Assembly (NCBI GenBank): GCA_030390025.1
Contig: CM059432.1
Coordinates: 73,286,001-73,350,000, forward strand
Source of the DNA: Squalus acanthias
Lineage: Eukaryota
DNA: 64,000 bases
Direction: 5' to 3'
Every line of letters starts with the position of its first letter. Positions within the stretch are counted from its first letter, which is position 1. The notes beneath the pieces were generated by a model. That model saw only the letters and a list, made by a program, of their open reading frames with translations, was not told the DNA's origin and made no database searches. The position numbers and the translations under genes are program-made. Of this stretch, positions 36,977 to 49,789 are shown one piece after another.

Positions 36977-37332
36977 AATGTGTTCCCCTTTCTACGATGT
37001 GCCGTGTGTTCTCCATTTCCACAGACCAAGTTTTATGAATGTATATATACTTGTACTATCGTTGATTTGCGCCTATGACATGTATTTCATGATTTTAGAC
37101 GCCATGCAATAAAGATTTCCATTTCGTACTATTCAACCGGGTCTATTTGAGTTTTTCTCTGCATTACTGCTCCCTGCACCTAAGTCCAGTGTTAGAACCG
37201 TAAGGGCGAGTGGGTCGAACCACTCACAGGTGCTTATTGCAAAAAGGCTGGCCGGAGACCAGAGCAAGCAATAGTATTAGGCAACGAAGGCCTAACCTCG
37301 CACCAGCACCGTCTGAGACACGCCCCCTTACA
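36977..37332 (+). mobile_element. Partial long LTR (3' end), copy B
   Basis: Contains AATAAA, ends CCCTTACA; inverted homolog of 31617-31959. Confidence 0.75.
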
Positions 37333-38640
37333 GGAGGTAGGTTGTAGTGAGTGAGGGGAGCAGAGAAATTGAGACGGCCGATGTCACACCGGCAGTTTGC
37401 AATGAAAAGATCTAGGGAGGTTAAGAGGCCAGAGGGAGGGGTCCAGGTAGAACGAGAATTCTGAAAATGGGAGAAAGGGTCAGCTGTGTGGGGGGAAGAC
37501 TCCTGGCCAAAGAAGTGGGCACGGAGGCGAAGGCGGCGGAAAAAGAGCTCAGCATCGTGCCGAGCTCGAAATTCATTGAGATGGGGGCGTAAGGGGATGA
37601 AGCTCAGGCCTTTGCTAAGGACTGATCGTTTGGGGTCAGAGAGGGGAAGGTCAGAGGGGATAGTGAAAACACAGCAGGGGCTGGGATTGGAAGAAGGGAT
37701 GGGGTCAGTGGAAAGTGAAGGGGAAGAAGGTTCCAGAGGGATGTTTGTGTCCAAGAGTTGTTGAAGCTTGCGATCCTTGACACCTGAAAGGAAGAAAAAA
37801 AGTTTTTTGTTAAAGTGCTGGATGAGGCGAAGGATGAAATGGAACTGCAGACCAGGACAGCTTTGCGATAGAGTGAGTCGGTGCTGCTGAAGAGAGAGGT
37901 CGAGAGTGTTCATGTGGCGTCGCATGGCATTCAGCGTGGATCTCAGGATATGGCGAGAGCAGTGGTTCGAGGAACGCTGAATATCTTGGAGATATCTGTA
38001 GTCCTGGGTGGTTCCAAAACACGAAGGGTGGAATTTCAGTTGGAATCCACGTGGAGTAAGTCAGAGCCAGAGACAGTTGCTGAGAAAAGATGTGTGGCTG
38101 TGAAAGCGAGTTTTGGTAGATACCTGATCAAACACGAGAAAGCAATGAAGATGAACAAGGTAAAAGAGACAAACGGAAATCCCGTCGGAGAGAGGAGCAG
38201 AACTTCTTCAAGGTGGGCATTCTTAGAAGAGAAGTGACAGTGAATTAAACACTAATACAAAAGCAAAATACTGTGGATGCTGGAAATCTGAAATAAAAAC
38301 AGAAAATGCTGGAAATACTCAGTAGGTGAGGCAACATCTGTGGAGAGAGAAACAGAGTTAATGTTTCAGGTCGATGACCCTTCGTCAGAACTGGAAAAAG
38401 CTGGAGATGGAACAGGTTTTTAAGCAAGTGTAGGGGTAGGGAAAGCGGGGAGGGGAGTAAAGAACAAAAGGGAAGGTCTGTGATAGGATAGAAGGCAGTA
38501 GAGATTAAGAGATATTAAGAGAGATTAAGAGGTGGTGCAAGGCAAAAGGAGATGGTATTGGGACAAGTTAAGAAACAAAAGATGGCTCTAGATGAAGTGT
38601 AAATGGCACTGGCAGAATGAGAGACAGCTGTCATGTGAGA
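37333..38640 (-). mobile_element. Penelope-like element, 5' half (terminal repeat about 38245-38640; ORF start near 38220)
   Basis: VLSKGLSFIP..ELFFRRLRLRAHF N-terminal motif; hammerhead core at about 38355-38392 with a stem III mutation. Confidence 0.85.
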
Positions 38641-39359
38641 GAGAGAAAAGCCTTTTTAATAACCATTTTAACGGCTCTGACAATAGAAAAGATTTATTTT
38701 CATTTATTTTCAAAATTTACATCAATATAATTGCTAAATTCCAATCAGAAGAAGTATCAAAAATATATTTTTTATATGCACAGTTAAAATTGTTACCATG
38801 CACCTGACATAATCAAATATTACTATTACAGCATGAAGGATTGTTGTGGTGTAGCAGATACAGCAGTTATTAAATGTTATTTATATTGGATAGTTTCTAT
38901 CGGTTCTCTGTGTTCACGGTGTTTCTACATATTGCTGCTGTCACTTAATAGTTTCTGTTCAGATAAGATGTGGTTAATTAGTGAAAGTTTTTGGAGCAGA
39001 AAATCCATGGGCCCAGTATTGTAAGTGCCAGGATGCGAGATCACTGGCACTGACTTCGCCAAAGATCATAGGGTCAAGTGGAGATCCCTTAAATTCAGTA
39101 CCCCCTATGGGTGCCTGTGCCACGAGGGGTAAATCTTGGGCCCTCGCCTGCAAAAGGAGGCCACATACCGCAGCATAGTGTGCCACTTCCAGCAGGATCA
39201 CCTCACTTCAGAAAGAAAGTAAAACTGCCCGTTGCGCAAGACAAAAAAAAATGTTCTCTTTGGGGTTTCCGGCTACAAGCTAGGTCTGGAACCCCAAATA
39301 GGCACCACTTCGATCATTCGACAGGCAAATATGCCTGGCCTTAATAGTGTACTGGCTAC

Positions 39360-39830
39360 CAATGATCTGCCCGATCTCTCTCTATTTCTCACCCATCTCC
39401 CCATATGCCATGACCATGTGATCCACCTCCTGTTCCCTTGACCTCATTCCCAGTAATCTGCTAACCACTCATTTTCATTTCTTGGCCCCCATGCTAGCTG
39501 CCACTGTAAATGGTTCCCTCTCCTCAGGTACTCTCCCTCTCTCTTCAAAACCACTGTCATCAACCCCCACCTTCAAAAAAGACCCTTGACATTTCTGTCT
39601 TTGGAAACTACTGCCCCATCTTCAATCGCCCTTTCCTCTCCAAATGTGTTATCAATCCCAAGTCCAAGCCCATCTTTCCCACAATTCCTTCTTTGAATCT
39701 CTCCAATCAGAGTTCTGCCCTGCCACAGCCACAAAATGGCCTTAATGAAAGTCACAAATGGCATCCTATGTTACTGTGACCATAGAGCATTATCCCTCCT
39801 TGTCCTCCTCGAGCTCTCTGCAGCCTTTTT
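39360..39830 (+). mobile_element. L2 LINE RT fragment
   Basis: PLDLIP, VNGSLSSG, NYCPIFNRPFLSK, degenerate QSGF region. Confidence 0.7.
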
Positions 39831-40075
39831 ATCCTCATGCTCCCCTTTCCATATCCGTCTCTTAACCTCTTTTCTTATTTTCTCATATTCTCTTTAGTTT
39901 TTTTTAAAATTTGTATGGTTCTTATAGTCCTATAGTTCTTCAATTTTAATTGGTTTCTAGCCTCCATTTAATCCCACTGTTGCTCCGAAGTCCTGTGTGC
40001 CAACTTCTCCTTCGTGAGTGTCCAAGTGGCACAGACCCAGAAGAGTTAGGAAGGTCTTCAGAAGCATGTAGACAT

Positions 40076-40757
40076 TAACAAACTTGAGGCTCATGGAATA
40101 GGTGGGTCAATGGCAGCTTGGATAAGGAATTGGCTTAAGGACAGAAAGCAGCGAGTTGTGGTAAATGGCTGTTTTTCAGACTGGAGGATCTGGAGGACTG
40201 GTAGACAGTGGTGTTCCCCAAGGGTCAGTGCTGGGGCCACTGCTTTTTTTGATATATATAAATGACCTGGATATTGGAATACAAGTAGAATTTCTAAATT
40301 TGCTGATGATGGGGATGGGGGATCTTAGCTACAAGGACAGGCTGGAGAATCTGGATTTGTTTTCATTAGAGCAAAGAATGAGGGGTGATTTGATAGAGCT
40401 GTACAAGATTATGATGGGTTTGGATAGGCTAGATGGGGAAAGGCTGTTCCCACTAGTTGATGATACAGGGACGAGGGGACACAGATTTAAGGTTTTGGGC
40501 AAGAGATACAGGGGGGATGTGAGGAAAAACTTTTTTACACAGCGAGTGGTGATGACCTGGAATTCGCTGCCGACGGAAGTGGTGGAAGCGGAGACACTCA
40601 ATGTTTTCAAGGGGAGACTGGATAGGCACTTGAGGGAAATAAACTTGTAGGGCTATGGTGATAGAGCGGGGGAATGGGACTGACTGGATTGTTCTACAGA
40701 GAGCCGGCACGGATTTGATGGGCCGAATGGCCTCCTTCGGTGCCGTTATGACTCTAT
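40076..40757 (+). mobile_element. CR1 fragment with an internal deletion; its tail is interrupted by a MITE
   Basis: [27 protein letters not shown]; (ACTCTATG)-type tail resumes at 41651. Confidence 0.9.
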
Positions 40758-41650
40758 GGGGTAAAAATTCACTTGGTTGCGCCTCCCGTTAGCGCCTTAA
40801 GAGGGCGCTAATGGGGCGCAAAGCCGCTAACGCCCGTGCGCAGCGATGTTTGCGCCGCTCGAGAACTTAACTTGAGATTGTGCGGCGGCGCTAAAACTTA
40901 CCGCTGCGACCACCTGCGCGCGCAGATTGCGACGTCATTCCATGGTGCAACGCCCTTGGGGCGCCCCGTAGCGGAAATTGAGTGGCGCCCCCTGCCTTAC
41001 CGCCTGGCGCTTCCAACGACCAGAAGACTGGAACGCTATCAATCGCTGTGGGGCTGGGGGGGGCGCTATTTAAAGGGGGCCTCTTCCGGTCTTTTATTGT
41101 TGGTGGCATTTTTGAAGTACGCATTCTGAGAGAGAGAGGGAGAGACTTCTGGAGAGATTCAACGTTCTGTGAAGGAGTTTTGGGTACTGAGCAGCACTTT
41201 GCAGGTTCATTTTGATTTGCCATTCCTTGTATCGATTTAGCAGAGAATGTGGGAGCTGCACTCTGAGCTCCTTGCCTGGTACTCTCCATTGTTCTTTCCA
41301 GCACATTTGATGTGCAAGTCTCTCCAGGCCGAGATTCAAGGCAGCAATGAACAGGATGTGGATGGAAAGCAAGATTAACCATCCCCTTTAAGAACTGGCC
41401 CGTGCCATTGTGTGTGTGTTCCATTGCTGACTGACATTACATGAGCTTCGCCAGCGCTCCGAGTTAGCGCCTCACTCCTTGGCCTTTGCGCCTTAAGAGA
41501 GGTGTGCAGCGCCTGCTTTAGTGCTCCACTCACCTCCCGGGGCGGTAAAAGTGAAGTTTCCTGTCAGTGCCGATAATTAGCGCCAGGCGCTAATATTTGC
41601 GTCCGGACGATATTTGCGCCCCAAATGGGGCACGACCTAATTTCTACCCC
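40758..41650. mobile_element. Harbinger MITE, lineage A (893 bp)
   Basis: Same TIRs as the 15524 copy, TSD TAT. Confidence 0.95.
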
Positions 41651-43431
41651 TATGACATTAGGACCCAGAAGAATTGAGGAAGTCAGAAGGGTGTGGCACA
41701 TGCTCATGCTGTGATTGGCTTGGAGCCAAATAATAAATCGAGACTAGGGGATTCATTTTATCTCCCAGAGGGATGTACTGGTTGTCCGCAGAGTGTCTCT
41801 AGAATCCCTTCCGATGTTTTGATTGTAAGTATATCTCTTCCTCATCTATATCTGTCTGCTCTGCATCAGTGGTGCAGTAGTCTATTTCCTCATTATCTTT
41901 TTTAATTCTAACTATACCTCGAGCTCTCAGTGACATCTTCCTTTGGGTTATCTAGAGGAAAAGATAATGAAGAGATGTTATAATATTATGTGGCTACAGT
42001 GACAGCTCCTCTGTAGCTTTTGAAGGTGTCTGATCATGTTTTTTCCTAGCGTGTGTTCCTAAATCATTATACAGACAAGCTGCAGATAGTCCAGGCAAAT
42101 GCACAGCTGCCACAGGTTGTTTTACATCTCTGTGCCCAACAGGTTTGGCCGCTTGGCTCCCCAGAATTTCCAAGGGTTCTTCCTCATGGCGGGTCAGATG
42201 TCTATTGTCAGGGGGATGCCCATCAGAACCTTCTAAATTGCATCTGAAAATCAAGGTTATCTTTGTCCTTCTCTGCACAGTAACAATGAAGTGGTCACTT
42301 TAAGTAGCAGCTGCAATCTTTAAAAGTTGCAGCTATGCATTATTTCCATCATCCACTAATAGTGAGCTCCTGCAGGCAGGCCCAATACGGTTTGGGAGAT
42401 CAATATAAATAGTTAATGATGCTGACCTTGGAAAATCACATGAGGTCAGTGCAATGCAATATTTGAAAGTAGTATTCTCACTGATCCATGGTTTCAGTGC
42501 TTTAGTGTCCACATTGGAAAATTCACACTCTAATGTTTAACTCAAACGCCTCTCCTAAGCACTCATATAAATTACTTCCTTATTTACTTCATATTTTGAA
42601 CAACCACTCAAGAAACTTATATATTCTTGTTAATATTTGTTATTTTACTGTTGATGTCAGGCCTTTCTATTCTGAATGCTGGCCTAGATTTTTTTTAAAT
42701 AATTTTTCTTTGCAATGGAGAAGCTGAGAGTGGATATTTTATTGTCAACTTAGTACATTTCAGAGCTCTGTGGTTTCAAATTTGAATACTGACCAAGGCT
42801 TTGGTCAGTGTGAGAAAATATTAGTTTGTTGTCTCTCAACCAGTTCTAGGTGGAACGGTTTTTCTGTGGTTTAACTGTTTATCTGCGCTCAGTACTACCT
42901 AAGCAATAGTTTCAAATGAACTTTACCCTTAAACTTGATAGTGGTTTTGCCTTTAGGAATCTGTAGAAAAAAAATATGGTCGTTCAGAGCCGATTCCATT
43001 TCCACAAATCAGCACTAATGAAGGTAGATCACAAGCATGGTGCATGTCTTTTTATAGCAGAAGAAAAGCATACAAGCTTAAAAGCAGGCCTTGTGCATCA
43101 AATTGGTAAAAAAAACCTTAGCTCACAGTGTGCTTAAATGTGTAGCCTTTCTCAGCTTAGAACTGAGTGGTAGGAGTGCCAGAATCCATCTATTTATTAA
43201 TGTGTGGTCAGTGTCAAATGTCTTAGGCTCCTCACTACATCGAACACTAAATTCCAGATTATTACTAGCAAAACTGTTGTGAAAGCATACCTCTTACTGA
43301 AAACAAAAAAACACCTGAAACAATACAGAAACTTTAAGATTTAGCTATATTTTTATTTAAGCAAAAATAAATAGTAGCAGAGAACAAACAAGAAGATCTG
43401 TCAGGTTGACCTGTATAAGATAGAACCTTAT

Positions 43432-44120
43432 GGGGGAAAAGTTGGGTTGCTTTGCGTCTCCCGTTAGTGCCCCGCGAAATTCAGGGGGAGGTTAGCGGCG
43501 GCGGTAGCCGGTAGCATCCTGCGGCGCTGCGCCTCCGGCGATGACGTCATCGCCATGCGCAGCGCCCCGCTCGCGCCCCGGCTGCAAACTTCGCTCGCGC
43601 ACCCTGACCTACCGCCGAACGCTATGTCCGACAGGGTCAGGGTGCCATGTTTACGGCCGGGGCGACGTAAATTAAAGGGCAGCTGCCGAGCGGCCATTTT
43701 TTTTTGGGCTGCCTACCAGCACCTGGCCCCTCTCGCCTCCTCCTGTGGGGTGCCGGCCACGATCGGTCAGCCCGGCACTCCTCTTGAGTGCCGGGCTCTT
43801 TTGCCGGCGCCCCGCTCCCCGGTGGTCCAGCAAGGCCCCTGTGCACGCTGCGCTAGGCCCCTTCCCTTTAATCAGGGGAGGGAGGCCTGTAGTACCACGG
43901 CGCTACGTGCCAACGCGTGTGGCGCTGCTGCACATAGCGCTGCGATAGTCAATGGGAGCGCCCCAAGAGGGAGGGGGAACGCTTCCAGTAGCGACCCGTT
44001 TCCTGCTTGGAGCGCTACCATTCCATTTTGGGCGTGGGAGCACTAACTTTTTCGGGGTGCTAAAAGTAGCGCCCTGGCGAAGGTAGCGCCCCAAAGTGGG
44101 AGCGACCCAATTTTTCCCCC
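43432..44120. mobile_element. Harbinger MITE, lineage B
   Basis: TIRs GGGGGAAAAGTTGGGT and ACCCAATTTTTCCCCC; homologous to 10913-11660. Confidence 0.9.
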
Positions 44121-44479
44121 AAAATGTATAACATTCTGATTGAATATCTTATTTGGGACAGTTTTTAGGCGTGCTAAAGAATTAAATGCTGGGCTATTCT
44201 ACTATTGCAGAATTCTAGCGCATTTTTGGTAGGGCCAGGCTATTTTGCATAATCAGGACAGGCTGCTTGGCCTACGTCAGGGGTTTTGCCAGATGCACAG
44301 AGGCCTGTCTCAGCATAATGCAGCAGGCAGCCCCTGGATCAACTGAGAAAGGTTAAGGCCAAGATATTTACAATAGATGCAGGGAGGGAGCGGAGCGGGT
44401 AGAGGTGGGGTGGGGGGGGCGGGGTGCAGATTAGCAGTCGAAACCCAGAAGAGCGAGTTTCTCTCAGGTCACAGAACCA

Positions 44480-45697
44480 TAGAATCATAGAAATTTACGG
44501 CACAGAGGTGGACATTCGGCCCATCCTGTCTGCGCCGGTCGAAAAAGAGCTATCCGGCCTAATCCCACTTTCCAGCACTTGGTCCATAGCCTTGCAGTTT
44601 ACAGCACTTCAAGTGCATATCCAAGTACTTTTGAAATGTGATGAGGGTTTCTGCCTCTATCATCCTTTCAGGCAGTGAGTTCCAGACACTCACCACCCTC
44701 TGGGTGAAAAAAGTTCTCCTCAACTCCCCTCTAATCCTTCTACCAATTACTTTAAATCTATGCCCCCTGGTTATTGACCTTTCTGCTAAGGGAAATAGAT
44801 CCTTCCTATCCACTCTATCAAGGCCCCTCATAATTTTATACATCTCAATTAAGTCTCCCCTCAGCCTCCTCTGTTCCAAAGAAAACAACCCCAGCCTATC
44901 CAATCCTTCCTTATAGCTAAAATTCTCCATTCCTGGCAACATCCTCGTAAATCTCCTCTGTACCCTCACTAGTGCAATCACATCTTTCCTGTAATGTGGT
45001 GACCAGAACTGTACGTAGTACTCTAGCTGTGGCCTAACTAGTGTTTTATACAGTTCTAGTAGAACCTCTCTGCTCTTATATTCTATGCCTCAGCTAATAA
45101 AGGAAAGTATCCCGTATGCCTTCATAACCACATTATCTACCTGTCCTGCTACCTTCAGGGATCTGTGGACATGCACTCCAAGGTCCCTCTGTTCCTCTAC
45201 GTTTCTCAGTATCCTACGATTTATTGTGTATTCCCCGGCCTTGTTAGCCCTCCCCAAATGCATTACCTTACACTTCTCCAGATTGAATTCCATTTGCTAC
45301 TTTTCTGCCCACCTGACTAGTCCATTGATATCTTCCTGCAGTCTACAGCTTTCTTCCTCACTATCAACCATACGTCCAATTTTTGTATCATCTGCAAACA
45401 TCTTAATCATGCCTCCTACATTGAAGTCTAAATCATTGATATATACCACAAAAAGCAAGGGACCTAGTACTGACCTCTGTGGAACCCCACTGGAAACAAC
45501 CTTCCAGTCACGAAAACACCCATCGATTATTACCCTTTGCGTCCTGCCACTGAGCTAATTTTGGATCCAACTTGCCACTTTCCCTTGGATCCCATGGGCT
45601 TTTACTTTTTTGACCAACCTGCCATGTGGGACCTTGTCAAAGGCTTTGCTAAAATCTATGTAGAATACATCAACTGTGCTACCCTCATCGACCCTCC
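44480..45697 (-). mobile_element. CR1 LINE 3' portion
   Basis: RT C-terminal ORFs 44559-44981 and 45090-45293; (ATTCTATG)-type tail. Confidence 0.9.
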
Positions 45698-48600
45698 TGT
45701 TTGCCACACCCCCAAGTTTGGTGTCATCGGCAAATTTAGAAATTCTACTCTGTATTCCAATATCCAGGTCATTTATATATATCAAAAAAAGCAGTGGCCC
45801 CAGCACTGACCCTTGGGGAACACCACTGTCTACCATCCTCCAGTCTGAAAAACAGCCATTTACCACAATTCGCTGTTTTCTGTCCTTAAGCCAATTCCTT
45901 ATCCAAGCTGCCATCTATTCCATGAGCCTCAATTTTGTTAACCAGCCTTCTATGTGGTACTTTGTCAAACGCCTTCCAAAAATCAATGTAGACAACATCC
46001 ATTGCATTCCCTTCATCAATCTTCTCTGTTACTTCATCAAAAAATTCAATTAGATTAGTCAAACATGATCTGCCTTTTACAAATCCGTGTTGGCTCTCCT
46101 TAATTAGCTTAAAACTCTCCATGCGCCTGTTAATTTTTTTCTTGATTATTATTTCTAAAACTTTACCCACCACTGATGTTAAACTAACTGGCCCTGTAGG
46201 ATTTTCCTTTCTTGAACAATGGTGTCACATTTGTCACTTTCCAATCCTCAGGCACCTCCCTCGCAGCTAGGGAAGATTGGAAAATTATGGCAAGCCCTTC
46301 CGCTATCTCCTCCCCCAATTCCCTTAGCAACCTGGGATGCAAGCTATCTGGACCAGGTGACTTGTCCACTCTAAGCATACCCAGCCTTTCTAGTGCATCT
46401 TGTCTGTCAATTTTCACCCCTTCCATTGCTTCTAACTTTTCCACTTCTACTGATATTTTGTCAGCATCCACCTCCTTCGTAAACACCAATACAAAGTACT
46501 CAGTGAGTATTCTAACCTTGCCCTGCGCCTCTAAGCATATATTGGCCCAGAAATTCCGTTCGCAGCCCTCCCGCGGGCCATTACCTTCTTTGTCTCTAAT
46601 AGGCCCGACCCTGCCTCTTACTACCCGCTTACTGTTTACATGCCGGTAGAAGATTTTTGGGTTCCCTTTTATGTTAACCGCTATTCTACTGTCATATTCT
46701 CTCTTTGCCAATCTTATTTTCATCTTCACTTCCCCTCTCAACTTATTGTATTTGGTCTGGTTCTCCTTTGAAGAATTCACCTGACATGCATCATACACCC
46801 TCTTCTTTTGTTTCATCATCTTCTCTATCTCCCTCGTCATCCAAGGAGCCCTTGCTTTGGTTCCCTTACCCTTCCCTCTTGTTGGAATGTACCTAGCCTG
46901 TACTTGGAACATCTCCTTAAAAATCACCCATTGTTCTGTTACAGTTTTTCCTGTCAGTCTTTGGTTCCATTTTACCCTGGCTAGATCCTTTCGCATCCCA
47001 TTGAAGTTAGCCCTATTCCAGTTTAGAAGTTCCACTGTAGATTGTTCCTTGCTCCTCCCCATTGCTAATCTAAATTTTATGATACGATGATCACTCGTAC
47101 CCAAGCGTTCTCCCACAGACACTTGGTCGACCTGGCCCACCTCATTCCCCAGCACCAGATCCAGCAATGCCTCCTTCCTAGTTGGAACATACTGGTCAAA
47201 GAAATTCTCCTGAACACATTTCAGAAATTCCTCCCCCTCCTTACCCTTTACCTTAGCATTATCCCAATCGATATTTGGGTAATTAAAGTCCCCCAATATC
47301 ATCACTCTATAGCTCTTGCATATCTCTGCGATTTCCCTGCAGATTTACTCCTCTACCTCCCTCTCACATTTTGGAGGCCAATAGAATACCCCCCATAGTT
47401 TGATCATTCCCTTTTTGCTCCTCAACTCTAACCAAATGGATTCTGTCCTTGTCCCCTCAAGAACATCCTCCCTTTCCAACACTACAATGTCTTCCTTAAT
47501 CAGCACTGCCACCCCACCTCCCTTTTTTCTTCCCTATCTTTTCTGAACACCTTGTACCCTTGAATATTAAGTGCCCAGTCCTCACCGTTTTCAAGCTACA
47601 TTTCTGTTATCGCCACAACATCATATTGCCACACAGCTAATTCTGTTTGTAGCTCACCAACCTTATTCACCACACTTTGTGCGTTTACGTACATGCTTTC
47701 TAAACCCATTTTTGAAATTTTCGTAGTCTTTCTTAGCCTGCTCCTATCTAATATGGTACTACTTCCGCCTCGAGTACTACTTTCTTATCTAGTACTATGC
47801 AACACACTCCCTCTTTTATGCACCTTATTCCTCTTTTCTACTCCTATATGCTGATGCCCATCCTCCTGCCAAGCTAGTTTAAACTCTCCCCAACAGTACT
47901 AGCAAAACTCCCCATAAGAATATTGGTCCCGGCTCTGTTGTGGTGTAACCCGTCTGGCTTGGACAGGTCCCACCTTCCCCAGAAACGGTCCCAATGCCTC
48001 AGGAATCTAAAGGCCTCCCTCCTGCACCATCTCTCCAGCCACGCATTCATCTGTTCTATCCTCCTATTCCTGTACTCAATAGCACGTGGCACCGGGAATA
48101 ATCCGGAGATTACTACCTTTGAGGTCTTGCTTTTTAATCTCTCTCCTAGCTCCCTGCAGGACCTCATCCCTCTTTCTGCCTATGTCGCTGGTATCGATAT
48201 GGACGATGACCTCTGGCTGTTCACCCTCCCCCCTCAGAGTGTCCTACAACCGCTCAGTGACATCCTTGACCCTGGCACCAGGGAGGCAACATACCATCCT
48301 GGAGTCACGTCTGTGGCCTGTCTGCTCCCGTAACTATTGAATCCCCTACCACTATTGCTTTTCCATTCTTTTTTCTCCCCCCCTGTGCAGCTGAGGCACC
48401 CATGGTGCTATGGACTTGACTCTGGCTGCACTCCCCAGAGGAACCATCGACCTCACCAGTACTCAGAACAGAATACTGGTTGGAGAGCGAGATGCACACT
48501 GGGAACTCCTGCACTACCTGCCTGGTCCTCCTCTTCTGTCTGGTGGTTACCCATTCCCCCTCTGCCTGCATACTCTTAAGCTGCGGGGTGGCCACCTCTA

Positions 48601-49390
48601 GAAACGTGCTATCCATGTAACTCTCAGCCACGCAGATGCACCGCAGTGACTCCAGCCGTCGCTCAAGCTCTGAAACATGGATCTCGAGCTGCTGTAGCTG
48701 GTGACACTTCCTGCACATGTGGTTGTCCAGGCTACGCAAAGCGTCCAGGACTTCCCACATGGTACAGGATGTGCACTCCATGGGACTGAGCTGCCCTGCC
48801 ATGCCTCTATTTAATAGACTAAGAACTAACTTAACAGAAATAAACTTAAAACTTATAAAAAACACTCACCGGCTACTCACCAATCAGCTCCTTCCCTTTG
48901 TGCCGACGTCCCTTTTTCTACTCTGACGTCACTCTTTCAGATTCTGCCTCTGTTGAGTTGCTGCCTCTCTCGCTCTGCTCCCGCTCTGTTCTCGCCCAGG
49001 TCCGCTGTCTCCATCCAAATAAGTCTAGACTTATTTTATTTATTTAATTAGTTAAAGTCTTTAATCAACGATTATTTGTAGTTATATTAATTAGTTTAAC
49101 TAGTTAAGCTATAAATTTAATACAATATGTTATAGTTTCCCGATCCTAGTTTAAACCACTGTCCTAGGTTAGAGAGAAAAAAACCTTAATACTCACCAGC
49201 CAACTGTCCTGTGATGTCACAACTTGTTCTTTGGACTCCTGGATTTTTTTCCTCTGTTCTGGTTCCCGGTTAGGTCCACTCCTCCTCGGCTGCTCGCAGT
49301 GATTTCAGGCCCCTCTCCGACTGTGCTCTTTATTTACTGGCCTGTGCTCCGGTTCCTGGCTAGGTCTGCTCCTCCTCGGCTGCTCGCATG
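45698..49390 (-). mobile_element. CR1 LINE 5' portion: 5'UTR, ORF1 (zinc finger/coiled coil plus SGNH esterase) and ORF2 endonuclease-RT, decayed
   Basis: CTSCTMWE..CRKC, IVVGDSIV, PDGLH (ORF1); ILGDFNYP, SDH, KSPGPD, FADD (ORF2). Confidence 0.9.
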
Positions 49391-49789
49391 CTTGGTTGCC
49401 GGGTGGCAACTTGCCTTTTCAGTTGCTTGTTGGTGAATGGGAAGACATGAATTGACAGGGACCAAAGGGGGGATGTGCAATGGGTGGGTGGTTGTTTACA
49501 GGACAGCTTTGTGTCAGTGGGATTGGGGGGATGGGGGTGTGGCGGGGGGAGAGTGGCCGTTGGATGTGTTTGTTATATCAGTCCAGTGGTGGTGACTAAC
49601 TTAAACTTACAGCTATAATGGAGTCCCTGGCATTCCGGGCAGCATTGTGAGTGGCTGATGCTGCATTGGAGTTGCCATCTTCCACCTCCTCAGATTCATC
49701 TGCAGACGATGTGTGCCCAGTGCTTTGTTCCTCCTGCAGCTCCAATCCTCACTGCTGCACAATGTTGTGCAGAGCACAGCACACCACGA

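Noticed and set aside
31617..37332. A single long-TIR DNA transposon
   Set aside because: Arms are diverged, resemble the solo LTR at 62365, have no TSD, and the flanks belong to different elements
39961..42300. Possible host exon split by CR1
   Set aside because: All rejoined frames contain stops; nearby minus-strand peptide (HLTRHEEEPLEILG) looks like an old Harbinger Myb remnant
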